Shown: piece after piece, positions 26,301 to 41,000 of the stretch
Position numbering within the stretch: the stretch's first letter is position 1
Layout of the letters: the number at the start of each line of letters is the position of its first letter
Source: the human T2T-CHM13v2.0 reference genome, Homo sapiens
DNA length: 64,000 nucleotides
Assembly: GCF_009914755.1 (NCBI RefSeq)
Contig: NC_060933.1
Strand: one strand, 5' to 3'
Notes under the pieces: generated by a model
Databases searched by the model: none
The model's input: only the letters and a program-made list of their open reading frames with translations
Told to the model about the DNA's origin: nothing
Translations under genes and position numbers: made by a program

Positions 26301-27796
26301 GAATGGAATGGAATGGTATGGAATAGAATGGAATCAAACGAACTGGAATGGAATGGAATGGAATGGAATGGAATGGAATGGAATCGTTCCGAGTGGAATA
26401 GGAGGGAATGTATTCGAGTGGAATGGAAAGGAATGGAATCAACCAGAGTGGAATGGAGGGGAATGGAATGGAATGGAAACTAATAGAATGGAATCAACCC
26501 GAGTGGAAAGGAATGGAAAGGACTGGAATGGAATGGAATGGAATGGAATCAACTAGATTGTAATGGAATGGAATGGAATGGAATGGAATGGAATGGAATT
26601 AACCCGAATACAATGGAATGGAATAGAATGGAACGGAATGGAGTGGAATGGAATGGAATCAACCCGAGTGCAGGGGAATGGAATGGAATGGAATGCAATG
26701 GAATGGAATCATCCGGAATGGAATGGAATGGAATGGAATGCAAAGCAATGGAATCAACTCGATTGCAATGGAATGGAATGGAATGGAAAGGAATAGAATT
26801 GAATCAACCCGAGTGTAATGGAATGGAAAGGACTGGAATGGAGTGGAATGGAATGGAATGGAATGGAATGGAATCAACTCGATTGGAATGGAATCTAATG
26901 GAATGGAATGGAATGGAATGGAATCAACACGATTTCAATGGAATGGAATGGAATGGAATTAACCCGAATAGAATGGAATGGAATGGAATGGAACGGAATG
27001 GAACGGAATGGAATGGAATGGAATGGAATGGAATGGAATGGAATGGAATGTAACGGAAAGGAATGGAATGGAATGGAATGGAATGGAATCAACGCGAGTG
27101 CAGGGGAATGGAATGGAATGGAATGCAATGGAATGGAATCTTCCGGAATGGAATGGAATGGAATGGAATCAACCCGAGTGCAATGGAATGGAGTGGAATG
27201 GAATGGAATGGAATGGAACAACCCGAATGGAATCGAATGTAATGGAGAGTACGGGAGTTGAATAGAATCAATCCGAATGTAATGGAATGGAATGGAACGG
27301 AATGGAATTGAATGGAATGGAATGGAATGCAATGGAATGGAATCATTAGTAATGGAATGGAAAGGAATGGAATGGAATGGAATGGAATGGAATCAACTCG
27401 ATTGCAATCAAATGGAATGGAATGGAATTATTCCGAATAGAATGGAATTGAATGGAATGGAACGGAACGGAATGGAATGGAATGGAACGGAACGGAACGG
27501 AACGGAACGGAATGGAATGGAATGGAATGGAATGGAATGGAATGGAATGGAATCAACGCGAGTGCAGGGGAATGGAATGGAATGGAATGCGATGGAATGG
27601 AATCTTCCGGAATGGAATGGAATGGAATGGAATGGAATGCAATGGATTCAACTCGATTGCAATGGAATGCTATAGAATGGAATGGAATGGAATGGAATGG
27701 AATTAACCCTAATAGAATGGAATGGAATGGAATGGAACGGAATAGAACGGAATGGAATGGAATGGAATAGAATGGAATGGAATGGAATGGAATCAA
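23395..27796 (+). repeat. Tandem duplication C, ~2.37-kb period (23395-25429 recurs at ~25767-27796)
   Basis: ORF pairs at offsets 2357-2372 (24192/26549, 24925/27292, 25061/27428). Shared markers are GAGAGTACGGGAG, CATTAGTAAT, GGAATTATTCCG, GAATCTAATG and ATCAAACGAACTGG. Confidence 0.9.
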
Positions 27797-30370
27797 CCCG
27801 AGTCAATGGAATGGAGAGGAATGGAATGGAATGGAATGGAAACTACCCGAATGGAATGGAATTTAATGGAGTGTAAGGGAATTGAATAGAATCAATCCGA
27901 ATGGAATGGAATGGAATGGAACGGAATGGAATGGAATGGAATGGAATGGAATGGAATCAACCCGAGTGCAGGGGAATGGAATGGAATGGAATGCAATGGA
28001 ATGCAGTCATCCGGAATGGAATGGAATGGAATGCAATGGAATGGAATGGAATGGAATCAAACCGAGTGCAATGGAATGGAGTGAAATTGAATGGAATGGA
28101 ATGGAAACAACTAGAATTGATTGGAATATAATGGAGTGTAAGGGAATTGAATAGAATCAATCTGAATGTAATGAAATGGAATGGGACGGAATGGAATGGA
28201 ATGGAATGGAATGGAATGGAATGCAATGCAATGGAATGGAATCAGCCCGAGTGAAATCGAATGGAATCAAATGGAATGGAATGCAATGGAATGGATTCAA
28301 CTTGAATGGAATGGAAAAAATGGAATCAACACGAGTGGAATGGCATGGATTGGAATGGAATGGAAAGGAATCCACCCGAGTACAGGGGAATGGAATGGAA
28401 TGGAATGCAATGGAATTGAATCATCCGTAATGGAATGGAAAGGAATGGAATGGAATGGAATGGAATCAACTCGATTATAATCGAATGGAATGGAATGGAA
28501 TGGAATTAACCCGAATAGAATGGAATGGAATGGAATGGAACAGAACGGAACGGAATGGAATGGAATGGAATGGAATGAAACGGAAAGGAATGGAATGGAA
28601 TGGAATGGAATGGAATGGAATCAACGCGAGTGCAGGGGAATGGAATGGAATGGAATGCAATGGAATGGAATCTTCCGGAATGGAATGGAATGGAATTGAA
28701 TGGAATGAAATGGATTCAACTCGATTGCAATGGAATGTAATAGAATGGAATGGAATGGAATGGAATGGAATTAACCCGAATAGAGTGGAATGGAATGGAA
28801 TGGAACGGAACGGAACGGAACGGAACGGAACGGAATGGAATGGAATGGAATTGTATGGAATGGAATGGAATGGTACGGAATAGAATGGAATCGAAAGAAT
28901 TGGAATGGAATGGAATCGAATGGAATGATATGGAATGGAATGGAATGGAATGGAATCAACCCGAGTGCAGGGGAATGTAATGGAACGGAATGCAATGGAA
29001 AGGAATCATCCGGAATGGAATGGAATGGAATGGAATGGAATGGAATCAACCCGAGTGCAATGCAATGGAGTGGAATGGAATGGAATGGAATGGAACAACA
29101 CGAATGAAATGGAATGTAATGGAGAGTAAGGGAGTTGAATACAATCAACCCGAATGTAATGGAATGGAATGGAACGGAATGGAATGGAATGGAATGCAAT
29201 GGAATGGAATCAACCCTAGTACAATGGAATGGAATGGAATGGAATGGAATGGAATGGAATTGAATGGAATGGAATGGAATCAACCCGAGTGCAATGGAAT
29301 GGAGAGGAATGGAATGGAATGGAATGGAAACTACCCGAATGGAATGGAATGCAATGAAGTGTAAGGGAATTGAATAGAATCAATCCGAATGTAATGGAAT
29401 GCAATGGAACGGAATGGAATGGAATGGAATGGAATGGAATGGAATGGAATGGAATGCAATGGAATGGAATCAACCCGAGTGCAATCGAATGGAATCGAAT
29501 GGAATGGAATGCAATGGAATGGATTCAACTTGAATGGAATGGAAAGAATGGAATCAACACGAGTGGAATGGCATGGATTGGAATGGAATGGAATGGAATC
29601 AACCCGAGTACAGGAGAATGGAATGGAATGGAATGCAATGGAATGGAATCATTAGTAATGGAATGGAAAGGAATGGAATGGAATGGAATGGAATGGAATC
29701 AACTCGATTGCAATCAAATGGAATGGAATGGAATTAATCCGAATAGAATGGAATTGAATGGAATGGAACGGAACGGAATGGAATGGAATGGAATGGAATG
29801 GAACGGAACGGAACGGAACGGAATGGAATGGAATGGAATGGAATGGAATGGAATGGATTGGAATGGAATCAACGCGAGTGCAGGGGAATGGAATGGAATG
29901 GAATGCAATGGAATGGAATCTTCCGGAATGGAATGGAATGGAATGGAATGGAATGCAATAGATTCAACTCGATTGCAATGGAATGGTATAGAATGGAATG
30001 GAATGGAATGGAATGGAATTAACCCTAATAGAATGGAATGGAATGGAATGGAACGGAATAGAACGGAATGGAATGGAATGGAATACAATGGAAAGGAAAG
30101 GAATGGTATGGAATTTAATGGAATGGTACGGAATAGAATGGAATGGAACGAATTGGAATGGAATGGAATCGAATGGAATGGAATGGAATGGAATGGAATG
30201 GAATCAACGCGAGTGCAGGGAAATGTAATAGAACGGAATGCAATGAAATGGAATCATCCAGAATGGAATGGAATGGAATGGAATGGAATGGAATCAACCC
30301 GAGTGCAATGGAATGGAGTGGAATGGAATGGAAAGGAATGGAACAACCCGAATGGAATGGAATGTAATGG

Positions 30371-30460
30371 AGAGTAAGGGAGTTGAATACAATCAATACG
30401 AATTGAATGGAATGTAATTGAAAGTAAGGGAGTTGAATAGAATCAATCCGAATGTAATGG
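30371..30460 (+). repeat. Diverged local 50-bp tandem duplication of the GTAAGGGAGTTGAATA-AATCAAT-CG motif
   Basis: AGAGTAAGGGAGTTGAATACAATCAATACG at 30371 and AAAGTAAGGGAGTTGAATAGAATCAATCCG at 30421. Confidence 0.8.
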
Positions 30461-32084
30461 AATGGAATGGAACGGAATGGAATTGAAAGGAATGGAATGG
30501 AATGCAATGGAATGGAATCAACCCGTGTGCAATGGAATGAAATGGAATGGAATGGAATGGAATGGAATGGAATGGAATTGAATGGAATGGCTTCAAACCG
30601 AATGGAATGGAAAGGAATGGAATCAACACGAGTGGAATGGAATGGAATGGAATGGAATGGAATGGAATGGTACGGAATAGAATGGAATGGAACGAAATGG
30701 AATGGAATGGAATGCAATGGAATGGAATGGAATTGTTCCGAGTGGATTAAGAGGGAATGTATTCGAGTGGAATGGAAAGGAGTGGAATCAACCAGAGTGG
30801 AATGGAAGGGAATGGAATGGAATGGAAACTAATAGAATGGAATCAACCCGAGTGGAATGGAATGCAAAGGAATGGAATGGAATGGAATGGAATGGAATGG
30901 AATGGAATCAACTCGATTGTAATGGAATGGAATGGAATGGAATGGAATGGAATGGAATGGAATGGAATGGAATTAACCCGAATACAATGGAATGGAATGG
31001 AATGGAACGGAATGGAGTGGAATGGAATGGAATCAACCCGAGTGCAGGGGAATGGAATGGAATGGAATGCAATGGAATGGAATCATCCGGAATGGAATGG
31101 AATGGAATGGAATGCAATGCAATGGAATCAACTCGATTGCAATGAAATGGAATGGAAAGGAATAGAATGGAATCAACCCGAGTGCAATGGAATGGAGTGG
31201 AATGGAATGGAATGGAATGGAACAACCCGAATGGAATGGAATGTAATGGAGAGTAAGGGAGTTGAATAGAATCAATCCGAATGTAATGGAAGGGAATGCA
31301 ACGGAATGGAATGGAATGGAATGGAATGGAATGGAATGGAATGCAAAGGAATGGAATCAACCCGAGTGGAATGGCATGGAATGGAATGCAATGGATTGGA
31401 ATGGAATGGAATCAACTCGAGTGGAAAGGAATGGAATAGAATGGAAAGGAATGGAATGAAGTCAACTCGAGTGGAATGGAATGGAATGGAATGGATTGGA
31501 ATGGATTGCAATGGAATGAAATGGAATGGAATGGAATGGAATCAATCATGGAAGGGAATGTAATGGAGTGGAAAGAAGGGAAAGGAATCAACCAGAGTGG
31601 AATGGAATGGAAAGGACTGGAATGGAGTGGAATGGAATGGAATGGAATGGAATCAACTCGATTGGAATGGAATGGAATGGAATGGAATGGAATTAACCCG
31701 AATAGAATGGAATGGAATGGAACGGAATGGAATAGAATGGAATGGAATGGAATGGAATGGAAAGGAATCAACCCGAGTGCAGGGGAATGGAATGGAATGG
31801 AATGCAATGGAATGGAATCATCTGGAACGGAATGGAATGGAATGGAATGGAATCAACTCGATTGCAATGGAATGGAATGGAATGAAATGGAATGGAATGG
31901 AATGGAATGGAATGGAATGGAATGGAATTCACCCGAATAGAATGGAATGGAATGGAATGGAAAGGAATGGAAGGGGAGAGAATGGAATGTAATCAACCCG
32001 AGTGCAGGGGTATGGAATGGAATGGAATGCAATTGAATGGAATCATCCGGAATCGAATGGAATGGAATGGAATGGAATGGAATG

Positions 32085-35000
32085 GAATGGAATGGAATGG
32101 AATCAACCCGATGCAATGGAATGGAGTGGAATGGAATGGAATGGAATGGAAACATCCCGAATGGAATGGAATGTAATGGTGTGTAAGGGAATTGAATAGA
32201 AACAATCCGAATGTAATGGAATGGAATGGAATGAAATCGAATGGAATGGAATGGAATGGAATCAACCCGAGTGCAATGGAATGGAATCGAATAGAATAGA
32301 ATGGAATGGATTCAACAAGAATGGAATGGAAAGGAATGGAATCAACCCGAGTGTAATGGCATGGAATGGAATGGAATGGAATGGGATGGAATGGAATGGT
32401 ACGGAATAGAATGGAATGGAATGAAATGGAATGGAATGGAATGGAATGGAATGAACCCGTGTGCAATGTAATGGAATGGAACGGAATGGAATGGATTCAA
32501 CTCGAAAGGAATCAACTCGATTGCAATGGAATGGAATGGAATGGAAAGGAATAGAATGGAATCAACCCGGGTAGAATGGAATGGAAAGGACTGGAATGGA
32601 GTGGAATCTAATGGAATGGAATGGAATCAAATCGATTGGAATGGAATGGAATGGAATGGAATGGAATGGAATCAACTCTATTGCAATGGAATGGAATGGA
32701 ATGGAATGGAATGGAATGGAATGGAATGGAATGGAATGGAATGGAATGGAATGGAATTAACCCGAATAGAATGGAATGGAATGGAGTGGAACGGAATGTA
32801 ATGGAATGGAATGGAATCAACCCGAGTGCAGGGGAATGGAATCGAATGGAATGCGATGGAATGGAATCATCCGGAATGGAATGGAATGGAATGGAATGGA
32901 ATGGAATGGAATGGAATCAACTGGATTTCAATGGAATGGAATGGAATATAATGGAATGGAATTAACACGAATAGAAAGGAATGGAATGGAATGGAATGCA
33001 ACGGAAAGAATGGAGTTTAATGGAATGGAATCAACCCGAGTGCAGGGGAATGGAATGGAATGGAATGCAATGGAATGGAATCATATGTAATGGAATGGAA
33101 AGGAATGGAATGGAATGGAATGGAATGGAATGGAATGGAATGGAATCAACTCGATTGTAATCGAATGGAATGGAATGGAATTAACCCGAATAGAATGGAA
33201 TGGAATGGAATGGAACAGAACGGAATTGAATGGAATGGAATGGAATGGAATGGAATGGAATGGAATGGAACGGAAAGGAATGGAATGGAATGGAATGGAA
33301 TGGAATGGAATCAACGCGATTGCAATCGAATGGAATGGAATGGAATTAACCCGAATAGAATGTAATGGAATGGAATGGAATGGAATCAATCATGGAAGGG
33401 AATGTAATGGAGTGGAAAGAAGGGAATGGAATCAACCCGAGTGGAATGCAAGGCAATGGAATGGAATGGAAAGGAATGGAATGGAATCAACTCGATTGCA
33501 ATGGAATGGAATGGAATGGAATGGAATGGAATGCAATGGAATTAACCGGAATAGAATGGAATGGAATGGAATGGAACGGAATGGAATGGAATGGAAGGGA
33601 ATGGAATCAACACGAGTGCAGGGGAATGGAATGGAATGGAATGCAATGGAATGGAATCATACGGAATGGAATGGAATGGAATGGAATCAACTCCATTGCA
33701 ATGGAATGGAATGGAATGGAAAGGAATAGAATGGAATGGAATTAACCCGAATAGAATGGAATGCAATAGAATGGAATGCAATGGAACCGAATGGAGTGGA
33801 ATGGAATGGAATGGAATCAACCCGAGTACAGAGGAATGGAATGGAATGGAATGCAATGGAATGGAATCATCCGTAATGGAATGGAAAGGAATGGAATGGA
33901 ATGGAATGGAATGGAATGGAATGGAATCAACTCGATGGCAATCGAATGGAATGGAATGGAATTAACCCGAATAGAATGGAATGGAATGGAATGGAACGGA
34001 ACGGAACGGAATGGAATGGAATGGAATGGAATGGAATCAACGCGAGTGCAGGGGAATGGAATGGAATGCAATGGAATGGAATCTTCCGGAATGGAATGGA
34101 ATGGAATGGAATGAAAGGCAATGGATTCAACTCGATTGCAATGGAATGGAATAGAATAGAATGGAATGGAATGGAATGGAATGGAATGGAAAGGAATTGA
34201 ATGGAATGGAATGCCTTCAAACCGAATGGAATGGAATGGAATGGAATCAACACGAGTGGAAAGGAATGGAATGGAAAGGAATGGAATGGAATGGAATGGT
34301 ATGGAATAGAATGGAATCAAACGAACTGGAATGGAATGGAATGGAATGGAATGGAATGGAATGGAATCGTTCCGAGTGGAATAGGAGGGAATGTATTCGA
34401 GTGGAATGGAAAGGAATGGAATCAACCAGAGTGGAATGGAAGGGAATGGAATGGAATGGAAACTAATAGAATGGAATCAACCCGAGTGGAAAGGAATGGA
34501 AAGGACTGGAATGGAATGGAATGGAATGGAATGGAATGGAATGGAATCAACTCGATTGTAATGGAATGGAATGGAATGGAATGGAATGGAATGGAATTAA
34601 CCCGAATACAATGGAATGGAATAGAATGGAACGGAATGGAGTGGAATGGAATGGAATCAACCCGAGTGCAGGGGAATGGAATGGAATGGAATGCAATGGA
34701 ATGGAATCATCCGGAATGGAATGGAATGGAATGGAATGCAAAGCAATGGAATCAACTCGATTGCAATGGAATGGAATGGAATGGAAAGGAATAGAATTGA
34801 ATCAACCCGAGTGTAATGGAATGGAAAGGACTGGAATGGAGTGGAATGGAATGGAATGGAATGGAATGGAATCAACTCGATTGGAATGGAATCTAATGGA
34901 ATGGAATGGAATGGAATGGAATCAACACGATTTAAATGGAATGGAATGGAATGGAATTAACCCGAATAGAATGGAATGGAATGGAATGGAACGGAACGGA

Positions 35001-38000
35001 ATGGAATGGAATGGAATGGAATGGAATGGAATGGAATGGAACGGAACGGAACGGAATGGAATGGAATGGAATGGAATGGAATCAACGCGAGTGCAGGGGA
35101 ATGGAATGGAATGCAATGGAATGGAATCTTCCGGAATGGAATGGAATGGAATGGAATGAAAGGCAATGGATTCAACTCGATTGCAATGGAATGGAATAGA
35201 ATGGAATGGAATGGAATGGAATGGAATGGAATGGAATTGAATGGAATGGAATGCCTTCAAACCGAATGGAATGGAAAGGAATGGAATCAACACGAGTGGA
35301 AAGGAATGGAATGGAAAGGAATGGAAAGGAATGGAATGGTACGGAATACAACGGAATGGAACGAACTGGAATGGAATGGAATGGAATGGAATGGAATGGA
35401 ATGGAATGGAATCTTTCCGAGTGGAATAGGAGGGAATGTATTCGAGTGGAATGGAAAGGAATGGAATCAACCAGAGTGGAATGGAAGGGAATGGAATGGA
35501 ATGGAAACTAATAGAATGGAATCAACCCGAGTGGAATGGAATGGAAAGGACTGGAATGGAATGGAATGGAATGGAATGGAATGGAATGGAATCAACTCGA
35601 TTGTAATGGAATGGAATGGAATGGAATGGAATTAACCCGAATACAATGGAATGGAATGGAATGGAACGGAATGGAGTGGAATGGAATGGAATCAACCCGA
35701 GTGCAGGGGAATGGAATGGAATGGAATGCAATGGAATGGAATCATCCGGAATTGAATGGAATGGAATGGAATGGAAAGCAATGGAATCAACTCGATTGCA
35801 ATGGAATGGAATGGAATGGAAAGGAATACATTGGAATCAACCCGAGTGGAATGGAATGGAAAGGACTGGAATGGAGTGGAATGGAATGGAAAGGACTGGA
35901 ATGGAGTGGAATGGAATGGAATGGAGTGGAATGGAATGGAATGGAATGGAATGGAATTAACCCGAATAGAATGGAAAGGAATGGAATGGAACGGAACGGA
36001 ACGGAACGGAATGGAATGGAATGGAATGGAATGGAATGGAATGGAATCAACCCGACTGCAGGGGAATGGAATGGAATGGAATGCAATGGAATGGAATCAT
36101 CCGGAATGGAATGGAATGGAATGGAATGCAAAGCAATGGAATCAACTCGAGTACAGGGGAATGGAATGGAATGGAATGCAATGCAATGGAATCTTCCGGA
36201 ATGGAATGGAATGGAATGGAATGGAATGGAATGGAATCAACCCGAGTGCAATGGAATGGAGTGGAATGGAATGGAACAACCCGAATGGAATGGAATGTAA
36301 TGGAGAGTAAGGGAGTTGAATAGAGTCAATCCGAATGTAATGGAATGGAAAGGAACGGAATGGAATTGAATGGAATGGAATGGAATGCAATGGAATGGAA
36401 TCAACCCGAGTGCAATGGAATGGAGAGGAATGCAATGGAATGGAATGGAAACTACCCGAATGGAATGGAATGTAATGGAGTGTAAGGGAATTGAATAGAA
36501 TCAATCCGAATGTAATGGAATGGAATGGAACGGAATGGAATGGAATGGAATGGAATGGAATGGAATGGAATGGAATGCAATGGAATGGAATCAACCCGAG
36601 TGCAATCGAATGGAATCGAATGGAATGGAATACAATGGAATGGATTCAACTTGAATGGAATGGAAAGAATGGAATCAACACGAGTGGAAGGGCATGGATT
36701 GGAATGCAATGGAATGGAATCAACCCGAGAACAGGGGAATGGAATGGAATGGAATGTAATGGAATGGAATCATCCGTAATGGAATGGAAAGAAATGGAAT
36801 GGAATGGAATGGAATGGAATGGAATCAACTCGATTGCAATCGAATGGAATGGAATGGAATGGAATGGAATGGAATTAACCCGAATAGAATGGAAAGGAAT
36901 GGAATGGAACGGAACGGAACGGAACGGAACGGAATGGAATGGAATGGAATGGAATGGAATGGAATCAACCCGACTGCAGGGGAATGGAATGGAATGGAAT
37001 GCAATGGAATGGATTCAACTTGAATGGAATGGAAAGAATGGAATCAACACGAGTGGAATGGCATGGATTGGAATGGAATTGAATGGAATCAACCCGAGTA
37101 CAGGGGAATGGAATGGAATGGAATGCAATGGAATGGAATCATCCGTAATGGAATGGAAAGGAATGGAAAGGAATGGAATGGAATGGAATGGAATGGAATC
37201 AACATGATTGCAATCGAATGGAATGGAATGGAATTAACCCGAATAGAATGGAATGGAATGGAATGGAACGGAACGGAATGGAATGGAATGGAATGGAATG
37301 GAATGGAACGGAACCGAACGGAATGGAATGGAATGGAATGGAATGGAATGGAATGGAATCAACGCGAGTGCAGGGGAATGGCATGCAACGGAATGCAATG
37401 GAATGGAATCTTCCGGAATGGAATGGAATGGAATGGAATGGAATGAAATGCAATGGATTCAACTCGATTGCAATGGAATGGAATAGAATGGAATGGAATG
37501 GAATGGAATGGGATTAACCCGAATAGAATGGAATGGAATGGAATGGAACGGAATGGAACGGAACGGAATGGAATGGAATGGAATGGAATGGAATGGAATG
37601 GAATGGTATGGAATGGAATGGAATGGTACGGAATAGAATGGAATGGAACGAATTGTAATGGAATGGAATTGAATGGAATGGAATGGAATGGAATTGAATC
37701 AATGCGAGTGCAGGGGAATGTAATGGAACGGAATGCAATGGAATGGAATCATCCGGAATGGAATGGAATGGAATGGAATGGAATGGAATCAACCCGAGTG
37801 CAATGGAATGGAGTGGAATGGAATGGAATGGAATGGAACAACCCGAATGGAATGGAATGTAATGGAGAGTAAGGGAGTTGAATAGAATCAATCCGAATGT
37901 AATGGAAGGGAATGCAACGGAATGGAATGGAATGGAATGGAATGGAATGGAATGCAAAGGAATGGAATCAACCCGAGTGGAATGGCATGGAATGGAATGC

Positions 38001-41000
38001 AATGGATTGGAATGGAATGGAATCAACTCGAGTGGAAAGGAATGGAATAGAATGGAAAGGAATGGAATGAAGTCAACTCGAGTGGAATGGAATGGAATGG
38101 AATGGATTGGAATGGATTGCAATGGAATGAAATGGAATGGAATGGAATGGAATCAATCGTGGAAGGGAATGTAACGGAGTGGAAAGAAGGGAATGGAATC
38201 AACCCGAGTGGAATGCAAGGCAATGGAATGGAATGGAAAGGAATGGCATGGAATCAACTCGAAAGCAATGGAATGGAATGGAATGGAATGGAATGGAATG
38301 GAATTAACCGGAATAGAATGGAATGGAATGGAATGGAACGGAATAGAATGGAATGGAAGGGAATGGAATCAACACGAGTGCAGGGGAATGGAATGGAATG
38401 GAATGCAATGGAATGGAATCATCCGGAATGGAATGGAATGGAATGGAATCAACTCCATTGCAATGGAATGGAATGGAATGGAATGGAATAGAATGGAATG
38501 GAATTAACCCGAATAGAATGGAATGCAATAGAATGGAATGCAATGGAACCGAATGGAGTGGAATGGAATGGAATGGAATCAACCCGAGTACAGAGGAATG
38601 GAATGGAATGGAATGCAATGGAATGGAGTCATCCGTAATGGAATGGAAAGGAATGGAATGGAATGGAATGGAATGGAATGGAATGGAATCAACTCGATGG
38701 CAATCGAATGGAATGGAATGGAATTAACCCGAATAGAATGGAATGGAATGGAATGGAACGGAACGGAATGTAAAGGAATGGAATGGAATGGAATGGAACG
38801 GAACGGAATGGAATGGAATGGAATGGAATGGAATGGAATGGAATCAACGGGAGTGCAGGGGAATGGAATGGAATGGAATGCAATGGAATGGAATCTTCCG
38901 TAATGGAATGGAATGGAATGGAATGAAAGGCAATGGATTCAACTCGATTGCAATAGAATGGAATAGAATGGAATGGAATGCAATGGAATGGAATGGAATT
39001 GAATGGAATGGAATGCCTTCAAACCGAATGGAATGGAAAGGAATGGAATCAACACGAGTGGAAAGGAATGGAATGGAAAGGAATGGAAAGGAATGGAATG
39101 GTACGGAATAGAACGGAATGGAACGAACTGGAATGGAATGCAATGGAATGGAATGGAATGGAATGGAATGGAAACAACTCGATTGTAATGGAATGGAATG
39201 GAATGGAATGGAATGGAATGGAATGGAATTAACCCGAATACAATGGAATGGAATGGAATGGAACGGAATGGAGTGGAATGGAATGGAATCAACCCGAGTG
39301 CAGGGGAATGGAATGGAATGGAATGCAATGGAATGGAATCATCCGGAATGGAATGGAATGGAATGGAATGCAAAGCAATGGAATCAACTCGATTGCAATG
39401 GAATGGAATGGAATGGAAAGGAATACATTGGAATCAACCCGAGTGGAATGGAATGGAAAGGACTGGAATGGACAGGAATGGAATGGAATGGAATGGAATG
39501 GAATGGAATTAACCCGAATAGAATGGAAAGGAATGGAATGGAACGGAACGGAACGGAACGGAATGGAATGGAATGGAATGGAATGGAATGGAATGGAATG
39601 GAATCAACCCGACTGCAGGGGAATGGAATGGAATGGAATGCAATGGAATGGATTCAACTTGAATGGAATGGAAAGAATGGAATCAACACGAGTGGAATGG
39701 CATGGATTGGAATGGAATGGAATGGAATCAACCCGAGTACAGGGGAATGGAATGGAATGGAATGCAATGGAATGGAATCATCCGTAATGGAATGGAAAGG
39801 AATGGAATGGAATGGAATGGAATGGAATGGAATGGAATGGAATGGAATCAACTCGATTGCAATCGAATGGAATGGAATGGAATTAACCCGAATGGAATGG
39901 AATGGAATGGAATGGAATGGAAAGGAACGGAACGGAACGGAATGGAATGCAATGGAATGGAATGGAATGGAATGGAACGGAAAGGAATGGAATGGAATGG
40001 AATGGAATGGAATGGAATGGAATGGAATCAACGCGAGTGCAGGGGAATGGAATGGAATGGAATGCAATGGAATGGGATCTTCCGGAATGGAATGGAATGG
40101 AATGGAATGGAATGGAATGGAATGGAATAAACCAGACTGCAATGGAATGGAGTGGAGTGGAATGGAATGGAATGGAACAACCCGAATGTAATGGAATGTA
40201 ATGGAGAGTAAGGGAGTTGAATAGAATCAATCCGAATGTAATGGAATGGAATGGAACGGAATGGAATTGAATGGAATGGAATGGAATGCAATGGAATGGA
40301 ATCAACCCGAGTGCAATGGAATGGAGAGGAATGGAATGGAATGGAACGGAAAGTACCCGAATGGAATGGAATGTAATGGAGTGTAAGGGAATTGAATAGA
40401 ATCAATCCGAATGCAATGGAATGGAATGGAACGGAATGGAATGGAATGGAATGGAATGGAATGGAATGCAATGGAATGGAATCAACCCGAGTGCAATCGA
40501 ATGGAATCGAATGGAATGGAATGCAATGGAATGGAATCAACTCGATTGCAATCGAATGGAATGGAATGGAATTAACCCGAATAGAATGGAATGGAATGGA
40601 ATGGAACGGAACGGAACGGAACGGAACGGAACGGAACGGAATGGAATGGAATGGAATGGAATGGAATGGAATGGGACGGAAAGGAATGGAATGGAATGGA
40701 ATGGAATGGAATGGAATGGAATCAACGCGAGTGCAGGGGAATGGAATGGAATGGAATGCAATGGAATGGAATGTTCCGGAATGGAATGGAATGGAATGGA
40801 ATGGAAAGGAATGGAATGGAATGGAATAAACCCGAGTGTAATGGAATGGAGTGGAATGGAATGGAATGGAATGGAACAACCCGAATGGAATGGAATATAA
40901 TGGAGAGTAAGGGAGTTGAATAGAGTCAATCCGAATGTAATGGAATGGAATGGAACGGAATGGAATTGAATGGAATGGAATGGAATGCAATGGAATGGAA

